Assembly: GCA_947074295.1 (NCBI GenBank)
Contig: CAMTPC010000004.1
Location: 3 to 64,002 of the forward strand
Length of the DNA: 64,000 bases
Direction: 5' to 3'
Source of the DNA: an uncultured Bacteroides sp.
GTDB taxonomy: Bacteria; Bacteroidota; Bacteroidia; Bacteroidales; Bacteroidaceae
This document shows, piece after piece, positions 8,768-16,757 of this stretch. The translations under genes were made by a program, and so were the position numbers. The notes below the pieces were generated by a model. The model was not told the origin of the DNA and ran no database searches. It worked only from the letters and a program-made list of their open reading frames with translations. The first letter of the stretch is position 1, and each line of letters starts with the position of its first letter.

Positions 8768-10057
8768 TTATTTGCAAACTACATGATCAGCGCGGAATTT
8801 AGCAATATCCGCATCAGTATAGCCCACTTCTTTAAGAATAGCATCTGTATCAGCACCCAATGCAGGAGCTGGAGTTACAACAGGCGTAAAACTTGAGAGT
8901 TTTGGAGGACAACCAATAGTAACGAATTTACCACGTTTAGGTTGATCTACCTCTACCAAAGTGCCACATTTATAAAGTGACTCATCCTTCATAATCTCGA
9001 GCATGCTCAATACAGGACCACAAGGAACACCCGCTTTGCCCAAAACATTCACGATATCTCCTTTTTCTTTATTGATAGTATATTCTTCTATACCTTTGTA
9101 GAGTTCTTCTTTTACCAGCTGACGTGCTTCAGCGGTATTAAATTTAGGATCAGTTATCCATTCGGGCTTTCCTAGAGCCTCGCAAGCTTCGTTGAATGCC
9201 TTTGCCTCATTTTGCAATACGATGTACACATATGCATTTGGATCAGTTTCCCAACCTTTACATTTGTAGCACCAGCCCAAAACTTGACCACCTTCAACAT
9301 TTCCAGCACGTGGAACGGCATCACCAAATTTCTCACCTGGATATTGTGGAAGATGCTTCAATACATGAATATTGTTGAGCATGATCTGGTCACGAAGTTT
9401 GATACGACAAAGATTCAATACTGCATCTTGCATTGATTGCTGAACAAAACATCCTTCACCGGTCTTTTCACGTTGCATTAGTGCTGCTAATAGGCCGATA
9501 CACAGATGCATACCAGTATTGCTATCACCTAGAGCAGCGCCTGATTGGGTTGGAACGTTATATTCGCCTTCCCACCATCCTGTAGTAGATGCTGCACCAC
9601 CTGCACACTGAGCTACAGGCTCAAACGCTTTCACACTAGCATAAGGAGAATCATCGTTAAACCCTTTAATAGTGCCATAGATACATTTTGGATTCATTTT
9701 ATGTACATCTTCCCATGAGAAGCCTAATTCATCAGCAGCACCTGGATGAAGATTCTCTACGAAGATATCAGCACTTTCAATGAGTTTTGTGAGAATTTCC
9801 TTTCCCTCGGGAGATTTTGCATTTAATTCGATTGAACGCTTATTACAATTCAATTGTAAAAAGTACAAACTATCAAGATCAGGATAATCAAGAAGTTCAG
9901 TACGCGTTGGATCTCCTGAACCAACACGTTCAATTTTAATCACATCGGCTCCTAACCAAGCCAACATTTGTGTACAAGACGGACCAGATTGTACTTGAGT
10001 CCAGTCTACAACTTTAATACCTTTTAATGGTGCAACATTTTGTGAAGTTGAAGCCAT
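8768..10057 (-). CDS. frc: Formyl-CoA:oxalate CoA-transferase
   Basis: [24 protein letters not shown] (catalytic Asp), [24 protein letters not shown]; adjacent to oxc. Confidence 0.95.
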   Translation of the reverse strand: MASTSQNVAPLKGIKVVDWTQVQSGPSCTQMLAWLGADVIKIERVGSGDPTRTELLDYPDLDSLYFLQLNCNKRSIELNAKSPEGKEILTKLIESADIFVENLHPGAADELGFSWEDVHKMNPKCIYGTIKGFNDDSPYASVKAFEPVAQCAGGAASTTGWWEGEYNVPTQSGAALGDSNTGMHLCIGLLAALMQREKTGEGCFVQQSMQDAVLNLCRIKLRDQIMLNNIHVLKHLPQYPGEKFGDAVPRAGNVEGGQVLGWCYKCKGWETDPNAYVYIVLQNEAKAFNEACEALGKPEWITDPKFNTAEARQLVKEELYKGIEEYTINKEKGDIVNVLGKAGVPCGPVLSMLEIMKDESLYKCGTLVEVDQPKRGKFVTIGCPPKLSSFTPVVTPAPALGADTDAILKEVGYTDADIAKFRADHVVCK

Positions 10058-10064
10058 AATAATT

Positions 10065-10070
10065 CCTCCT
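10065..10070 (-). promoter_or_regulatory. Shine-Dalgarno AGGAGG upstream of frc
   Basis: Minus strand TAGGAGG-aattatt-ATG, 7-nt spacer. Confidence 0.8.
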
Positions 10071-10133
10071 AGTTAAAATTGTGTTATATTAAAAATCTAT
10101 GATATAGATAATTTATTCTATTTCATTACTTTA

Positions 10134-10157
10134 AACACATTTTTAGGAGGAATGTTC
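10134..10157 (-). promoter_or_regulatory. Candidate ECF-sigma-type promoter GAAC-N16-TGTT for the frc operon
   Basis: Motif recurs upstream of several other genes in the window; ~77 nt upstream of the ATG. Confidence 0.4.
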
Positions 10158-10665
10158 AGGTAATAACTTGGAGTCATTAAGTTTAAATTTCTAAACTATT
10201 AACAAATCAAAGTAGGATATAATTGTTTAATAGAACATTAAAAAAGGCAGAATAGAACAAATTGAAAAATATAACAATAATCTATCTAGTTGTCAATTCA
10301 CACACTATATAATTTCGTTTAGCTTTGTTATAAAAGTGGGTTTATTTCATCTACTTCTCGTATCTTAAAATATCAAATTCGAAAATATATCCGATTAATT
10401 GATATATTTAGGAAAGCAAGAATATTAGCTATAAATTACGATTATCTATATAAGATAAATATGATCAGCAGATCAAATAAGGATAAAAGAATTATTGAAC
10501 AAAATATTAAATTCAGAGTCATTTTAATATTCGATATAAATCCATCCTAGATCATTACTTTTTAAACCAAATAGCTAGTCACTCATTATACAAATAAGTT
10601 TTTTTAACTATAAAGATTTTATCTAAGAAAAGTGCAAAAATAAGTATTTAGCTCAAATCAGATAA

Positions 10666-11160
10666 CTATAGTTTCAAGATATCGGGCCAATAATTATTGT
10701 CTGCGCTTGTTATTGCTACTGTATAGTCCAGTGTTCCATCTTCAGAATAAAAAAGAGCATATTCTTTATCGCCACTTTGTACTTCAAGAAGATACATAGC
10801 AGCATGTTGTGGAAAAGTAAGTTTTGTTTGATTATCCAATACATAGTTGGCATACTCACTATCAGAGAATGCTGTATCTACTGCTGAGGGCAAGTCGATT
10901 CTGAATATCTCTTCTTCACTCATCACCCAATCAGCATCTTTGTTGAACCATACATGAAGCTCTACTCCATTTACCCAGCAGTCAGCCACTTCATAATTGC
11001 CCTTTTTACTCCATGTTACATTTTCAACATTCGGATATAAATCCTTCAAAGCCGTAGTAATATCTGGGTTTGTAGGAATATAAGGGTTGTCCACACTACC
11101 ACAACCCATTATCATAAAAGATAAAATGAAAGAAAGGAATATAATCTTTTTCATAACCAT
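10666..11160 (-). CDS. PepSY-like / BLIP-like (DUF2874-type) lipoprotein
   Basis: Lipobox MG-C; two repeats of the YP..V.W..Y.(A/L)..F..DG pattern; LPSAV..AF. Confidence 0.75.
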   Translation of the reverse strand: MVMKKIIFLSFILSFMIMGCGSVDNPYIPTNPDITTALKDLYPNVENVTWSKKGNYEVADCWVNGVELHVWFNKDADWVMSEEEIFRIDLPSAVDTAFSDSEYANYVLDNQTKLTFPQHAAMYLLEVQSGDKEYALFYSEDGTLDYTVAITSADNNYWPDILKL

Positions 11161-11301
11161 TCAAATTAAAGTAATAGAAATCTAAATAGAATAATCACCA
11201 TACCCTATTAACGGTCAGAAAAGTCCAAATGATTACTGAAAACAATAGTATTTATTTGTTTTCAAATCATTTAACAACATAAAGAACTTGACGAGTTTAA
11301 A

Positions 11302-11865
11302 TCAAATTTCGTCTGGGGAATAAATATCTTCAAGTTGCTCATCTTTTTTCATGCTCACCTTACCATCTGAAGTTATGGTAATCGATACAGGAATATAGAG
11401 ATCTGTTTGAGGATAACATATACTTGCTGCAAACAAAAAACCTGCAGATGTGGTCTTATTAAAAACCATTCCTTCAAGAATAGATTTTCTTAGAAAAGCA
11501 TTGTCTATTATAGAAGAAAAGTCCTGTTTAGTGAAAGTTTTATTGAAGAACTTGTTACCGCCACGTAGCAGCGTTAATTCTATTATATTATCAGTGTATA
11601 GTTCTCCCATTTCACTCATCACTTTAGGCAATGACTCATCAGGCTGTCTATTAATTATAGAAGTATAAGCTATATCCCTGAACGTAAAATTATTTTCTGC
11701 TTTCGAAGTCTGAAGACTTTTTGCACCATCAGCACTTTTTCCTTCTTGGAGTAGCATACCAGATTCATTCCTATTTGTTGTGCCACTTTGTGATTTGCCA
11801 CCGCCACAACTCATCATGGCAAGTAAACTAAATACTATACAAATTTCATAGATTGTCTTTCTCAT
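11302..11865 (-). CDS. DUF4738-like Bacteroidetes lipoprotein
   Basis: Lipobox MMS-C; PDESLPKV, Y.DN.I.L, FTK.DF, SILEG.VF, FAAS..YPQTD.Y.P. Confidence 0.75.
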   Translation of the reverse strand: MRKTIYEICIVFSLLAMMSCGGGKSQSGTTNRNESGMLLQEGKSADGAKSLQTSKAENNFTFRDIAYTSIINRQPDESLPKVMSEMGELYTDNIIELTLLRGGNKFFNKTFTKQDFSSIIDNAFLRKSILEGMVFNKTTSAGFLFAASICYPQTDLYIPVSITITSDGKVSMKKDEQLEDIYSPDEI

Positions 11866-11925
11866 CTACTCTCAAAATTAAGAACACAAAGATATAAAAT
11901 AGAATCTATATTACAAAAGCATAAT

Positions 11926-11965
11926 AAAAAAGCCATGTTCACATCGCAATGAACATGGCTTTTTT
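11926..11965. terminator. Intrinsic terminator (A/T flanks on both sides) after the DUF4890-like gene
   Basis: AAAAAAGCCATGTTCA-N8-TGAACATGGCTTTTTT. Confidence 0.85.
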
Positions 11966-11987
11966 GACTATTTCTAGTAACTAAGAA

Positions 11988-12437
11988 TTATTTGTTTTTG
12001 TTTTTACCATTACCTTTTTTACCTCTTTCTCCGTCTGGATTTGCTTTGTCACGTTTAGATTTCTGCTCCGTATATTTAGCATACTGTTCTGGAGTTAAGA
12101 TAGCTTTTAGTTTAGCGTCATAGGCAGTGGCAGCGGCTTCTCTTTCTTGTCTCATTTTCTCACGAGCTTCTTTAGCTTCCGCACTATTGCGATCGGCTTT
12201 GTCTGCAGGTTTTTCAGGACGATTAGCAGCGAATTGTTCGGCTTGTGCCAAGTTCAATTCTAACACTTTTTGTTTTTGAGCATCAGTCAATGATAGATCT
12301 TTAGTCATACGCTCAGTCATTTGCTCTGCACGCGCTTTGGGATCTGTATTACCTTTTTGACCTCCTCTACCTTGACCTTGAGCCATTGCTATACCACTCA
12401 TCAATACTACTGCTAATAATAAAACGATCTTCTTCAT
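11988..12437 (-). CDS. DUF4890-like periplasmic helical protein (LTxxQ/Spy-like repeats)
   Basis: Signal peptide, RAEQMTERM..L.LT.AQ and KLK.ILTPEQY motifs. Confidence 0.75.
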   Translation of the reverse strand: MKKIVLLLAVVLMSGIAMAQGQGRGGQKGNTDPKARAEQMTERMTKDLSLTDAQKQKVLELNLAQAEQFAANRPEKPADKADRNSAEAKEAREKMRQEREAAATAYDAKLKAILTPEQYAKYTEQKSKRDKANPDGERGKKGNGKNKNK

Positions 12438-12646
12438 AATTGTTTCTATTTTTTTAAATCACTTGATTAATACTATTATTTTTTGTTGCAACTGATTATA
12501 TGACAACATTGGTTCCTAAAAGTTTAATTCAACATTTGTGTTTTAACACAAATACACAATCATTTTAAATAATAGCATATAAACAATGAGATAACAAATG
12601 ATAGATATACACCTAATATCCAGATCAATACAACATCCATCACTAT

Positions 12647-13336
12647 TTAAATAAGAGCCTTGAAAAATTTCTTGAAGTTATCATATTCTCCATAACAAAC
12701 TAAAACATCATCTTTTTGAATCTTATAGTCTTCTGCCAAGCCATTCGCTATTTTTGATTCATTTATTGCGAAACCAACACAATTCACCAACGTACCTTGT
12801 TCCTTTACTCCAATTATTTTAATCTGAAATTCTTCTTCCAATTTTAATTCATTCACCGAATATCCTACCATTCTATCAGGCACTTTAAACATAGCCACAT
12901 AATAAGTATCATCAATCTTGAAAGATTGAATTGAAGCATCAAATTCCAATTGATCCACAAAATCGCGTGCGGCATATTCTTCTGGAGATAAAATACGTGC
13001 AAGATTAAATGCCTGCAAAATGGCTTTATGGACAGAATCAACAGCACGGGCAAATATTTGTTTTGTTTTTCGCTCCTTTAGCAGAGCCACAATACGGATA
13101 GAAGCACCAAAATTTTCACCTATTGCTACTATTACGGCATCCACACTCGATAGTGGTAGAATATCCAAAGCATGACTATCACTGGCATCAAGAACAAAAG
13201 CGGTCGCTATTTTATCTTTAATATTCTCGACTCTACTTTCATCTATGTCAGCACCAATTACTTCGTGACCCATATTGGTGAACTCTTCAGCCAGAACTGT
13301 ACCAAAATTCCCCAAACCAATTATAATATATTTCAT
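12647..13336 (-). CDS. ktrA: Trk/Ktr K+ uptake regulatory (RCK, NAD-binding) subunit
   Basis: IIGLGNFG Rossmann motif, C-terminal TrkA_C domain; follows the membrane subunit. Confidence 0.88.
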   Translation of the reverse strand: MKYIIIGLGNFGTVLAEEFTNMGHEVIGADIDESRVENIKDKIATAFVLDASDSHALDILPLSSVDAVIVAIGENFGASIRIVALLKERKTKQIFARAVDSVHKAILQAFNLARILSPEEYAARDFVDQLEFDASIQSFKIDDTYYVAMFKVPDRMVGYSVNELKLEEEFQIKIIGVKEQGTLVNCVGFAINESKIANGLAEDYKIQKDDVLVCYGEYDNFKKFFKALI

Positions 13337-13337
13337 A

Positions 13338-15173
13338 TCAGTTGATTATTATGTCATCTTTTGGATAACTATAGTTTACAAATTTCTTCTGTTTGATGAT
13401 ACCCAACATTAATGTAATGAGACCTACTCTACCGACAAACATTAATGCTGAAATCAATAATTTACTCTTAAATACCAGCAATGATGTAGAATCTAAGCTC
13501 GATCCTACGGTACTAATCGCCGAGATACATTCAAATACAATCGAGATTATTGGCATTTCGGGTTGCCAGATTGAGATAAGGAATATCGAGACAAAGAGTA
13601 TCCCCAAAGACATAATTACAGTAGCATTAGAGCGCCGAATAGATTCTTGTGAAATCTGACGGCGAAAAATGTTCACTTTATTTGTGCCGCGCAACACGGC
13701 ATGCATATTCAGCACCACTGCCGCGAACGCATTGACCTTGATACCACCGGCAGTAGATTGTGCTGCACCACCAATCCACATCAGAACAATATAGATCAAT
13801 ACAGATTGCAAAGTAAAGGCTGATAAATTAACACTATTGAAACCTGCCGTGCGCGGACATACAGCATTAAAGAAAGCCTGTGTCCATTTATCGCCCACTG
13901 GCATACCCGCAAAAGACTCATTCCATTCGAAATATAAAATCGACAATGTACCTAACACAGTAAGAATCACTGTCATGATAAGGACGATACGCGTATTGAG
14001 TTCATACAGATGCTTCTTCTTGTAGCTTGAAAATTTGAAAGTGCATAACGCCTTCCAAAAATGCTTCATATTATAAAATATAATATCCTTGAAGTTCACC
14101 AAAATTGGAAAACCTATACCTCCTAGTAATATTAAGAAAGAAATAATCACATAGAAGCCATTATGATTAGTCATTAATTTATAGTAACCTAAATTATTGG
14201 GGACAGTCGAAAAACCGGCATTACAAAAAGCAGAAATAGAGTGAAACGCAGAAAAGCCAATTTCTTCTTTTAAAGTCATATCTAATGTTCCATGTATACT
14301 GACCCATATCAATGCCATTCCTATAATTTCTATGAAGAGTGTAAAAAACAAGATATAAAGAAGAGTTGAAAGCAGAGAGTTTAAAGATTTTGAACTAACC
14401 ATGTCGCGGACAACCAATTGATTATAAAGAGAGGTATTACCCATAAAAAACATCGCAAAAAAGCTGGTTAGAGTCATGATTCCCAATCCACCGATTTGCA
14501 CCAATATAATGATGACCACCATTCCCATGGTGGAAAAGGTCGAAGATACATCGACTGTAGTTAAACCCGTGACACAGACTGCGCTTGTTGATGTAAATAG
14601 TGCATCAATCCAGGCCAATGTCACCCCTGGCTGAGTGGAACGAGGAAGTAAAAGCAAGCCTGTTCCGATAAGTATAATAACCAGGAAGCTGACTGCCAAG
14701 ATCAAAGAAGGGTTTGTTCGTTTCCCTAACAGTCTAACAAGGGTATCAGACAGATTAAGTAAGGAAAATAAAGCCAAGATGGTTAATCCATAAGCCTCAC
14801 TATGAAAAAATAGCCAAAACTTTGCCGCGAAACCATGCCCTCCTGGATGGTGAAAAACAACAGGAACCAATGTCAGATAAAGCAGACCACTCAGTATAAA
14901 CGTGAGATGCTTATAACGATTTTTGAAGTTATGAAAATTAAGAAGAAAGTTAAGTGAGATATAAACCAAATAAACGATCCAAATCCAGCGGTATAAAATC
15001 TTTAAGTAATGAATATCCTCAGCAGTCATTGGAAATCCATATTGATAGACCACGCCTATTATCAGCAGCAAGGACGCGATGTTTGTCAAAACAGCGAATA
15101 AAGCCAATATAAAACGTATATATGGGCCCAGTAATTTGTTTTGATAAAGCAGAATTTTATGATATAGTTTCAT
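13338..15173 (-). CDS. ktrB: Trk/Ktr K+ uptake membrane subunit
   Basis: Four pore motifs SAVCVTG, SAFCNAG, PRTAG, STVG; STAGGIK. Confidence 0.9.
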   Translation of the reverse strand: MKLYHKILLYQNKLLGPYIRFILALFAVLTNIASLLLIIGVVYQYGFPMTAEDIHYLKILYRWIWIVYLVYISLNFLLNFHNFKNRYKHLTFILSGLLYLTLVPVVFHHPGGHGFAAKFWLFFHSEAYGLTILALFSLLNLSDTLVRLLGKRTNPSLILAVSFLVIILIGTGLLLLPRSTQPGVTLAWIDALFTSTSAVCVTGLTTVDVSSTFSTMGMVVIIILVQIGGLGIMTLTSFFAMFFMGNTSLYNQLVVRDMVSSKSLNSLLSTLLYILFFTLFIEIIGMALIWVSIHGTLDMTLKEEIGFSAFHSISAFCNAGFSTVPNNLGYYKLMTNHNGFYVIISFLILLGGIGFPILVNFKDIIFYNMKHFWKALCTFKFSSYKKKHLYELNTRIVLIMTVILTVLGTLSILYFEWNESFAGMPVGDKWTQAFFNAVCPRTAGFNSVNLSAFTLQSVLIYIVLMWIGGAAQSTAGGIKVNAFAAVVLNMHAVLRGTNKVNIFRRQISQESIRRSNATVIMSLGILFVSIFLISIWQPEMPIISIVFECISAISTVGSSLDSTSLLVFKSKLLISALMFVGRVGLITLMLGIIKQKKFVNYSYPKDDIIIN

Positions 15174-15266
15174 CGATATTGCAACAATAAATATTGATTA
15201 TTAAGAAAAATAACACATACTACTATATATTTGTTGACTTTTTAACGCGTTTTTTAAAATAATTCA

Positions 15267-15274
15267 TATATTTG
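15267..15274 (+). promoter_or_regulatory. Bacteroidetes sigma-A -7 box (TAnnTTTG) for trpB2
   Basis: TATATTTG 28 nt before the ATG. Confidence 0.65.
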
Positions 15275-15302
15275 GCCGTCAAAAAACTAAAGATTGAAAC
15301 CT

Positions 15303-16670
15303 ATGAGCAATAAAACGAAAAGATACATTCTTCCCGAAGAAGAAATTCCACACTATTGGTATAACATCCAGGCAGATATGGTAAACAAACCTATGCCACC
15401 TCTACATCCAGGCACAAAGCAGCCTCTTAAAGCAGAGGATTTATACCCTATTTTCGCAGAGGAGTTATGTCGTCAAGAGGTAAACCAAACGGATACATGG
15501 ATAGAAATTCCAGAAGAAGTACGCGAAATGTACAAATACTATCGTTGCACGCCATTGGTACGTGCCTATGGACTGGAAAAGGCACTTGGTACACCTGCTC
15601 ATATTTATTTCAAGAATGAGAGCGTGAGTCCTATGGGTTCACACAAATTAAATTCGGCTATTCCACAAGCCTATTATTGTAAGAAGGAAGGTGTCACACA
15701 TGTAACTACAGAGACTGGCGCTGGACAATGGGGAGCATCATTAGCTTATGCTGCTAAACTATTCGGTTTAGAAGCAGCTGTATATCAGGTAAAAATCAGT
15801 TATGAGCAGAAACCTTATCGTCGAAGCATCATGCAAACCTTTGGTGCACAAGTCACTCCTTCCCCATCTATGTCAACCCGAGCTGGGAAAAACATCTTAA
15901 CGGAACATCCGAACCATCAAGGTTCATTGGGTACAGCTATCTCGGAAGCTGTAGAATTAGCTCAAAGCACTCCCGGATGCAAATATACCTTAGGTTCTGT
16001 ATTGAGTCATGTAACATTGCATCAGACTGTGATAGGTCTCGAAGCCGAGAAACAAATGGCCATGGCCGGGGAATATCCAGACATTGTCATTGGATGTTTT
16101 GGTGGTGGTTCCAATTTTGGCGGTATTTCCTTCCCATTCATGCGCCACAACATATTGGATGGAAAGAAAACACGATTTATCGCGGCTGAACCCGCTTCTT
16201 GTCCTAAGCTAACACGCGGTCAGTTCAGATATGATTTTGGTGACGAAGCGGGTTATACTCCTTTATTACCGATGTATACTCTAGGGCACAATTTTGCTCC
16301 TGCCAATATTCATGCTGGCGGTTTGCGCTATCATGGTGCTGGTGTTATTGTTTCACAACTTCTCAAAGATAAGATGATGGAGGCAGTAGACATCACTCAG
16401 CTCGATTCATTCGAAGCCGGTTGTTTATTTGCACAAGCAGAGGGTATCATTCCAGCTCCCGAATCTTGCCACGCTATAGCAGCAGCTATCCAGGAAGCTA
16501 AGAAATGCATCGAAACTGGTGAGGAAAAAGTCATTCTCTTCAACCTTTCTGGACATGGTCTGATTGATATGTCATCTTACGATAAGTATCTTGCAGGAGA
16601 TTTAGTGAATTATTCATTATCCGATGAAGAGATTACTAATAACATTGAAAAACTGGATAGTTTGATTTAA
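15303..16670 (+). CDS. trpB2: TrpB2 (tryptophan synthase beta-like PLP enzyme)
   Basis: GSHKLNSA PLP lysine, TETGAGQWG, GGGSN, HAGGLRYHG, PAPES.HA, LSGHG; ATG 15303 preferred to TTG 15294. Confidence 0.93.
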   Translation: MSNKTKRYILPEEEIPHYWYNIQADMVNKPMPPLHPGTKQPLKAEDLYPIFAEELCRQEVNQTDTWIEIPEEVREMYKYYRCTPLVRAYGLEKALGTPAHIYFKNESVSPMGSHKLNSAIPQAYYCKKEGVTHVTTETGAGQWGASLAYAAKLFGLEAAVYQVKISYEQKPYRRSIMQTFGAQVTPSPSMSTRAGKNILTEHPNHQGSLGTAISEAVELAQSTPGCKYTLGSVLSHVTLHQTVIGLEAEKQMAMAGEYPDIVIGCFGGGSNFGGISFPFMRHNILDGKKTRFIAAEPASCPKLTRGQFRYDFGDEAGYTPLLPMYTLGHNFAPANIHAGGLRYHGAGVIVSQLLKDKMMEAVDITQLDSFEAGCLFAQAEGIIPAPESCHAIAAAIQEAKKCIETGEEKVILFNLSGHGLIDMSSYDKYLAGDLVNYSLSDEEITNNIEKLDSLI

Positions 16671-16687
16671 GCTACTCCGTAACATAT

Positions 16688-16740
16688 ATACTAAAAGATC
16701 CGAAGCGAATTACAATCATTCGCTTCGGATCTTTTAGTAT
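16688..16740. terminator. Bidirectional terminator between convergent trpB2 and fkp
   Basis: Perfect 23-bp inverted repeat ATACTAAAAGATCCGAAGCGAAT with 7-nt loop. Confidence 0.85.
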
Positions 16741-16757
16741 GCTATCGGTCAGTCCTA

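Noticed and set aside
16688-16740. 23-bp perfect inverted repeat as an invertible element or MITE
   Set aside because: The 7-nt loop and position between convergent genes fit a bidirectional terminator.
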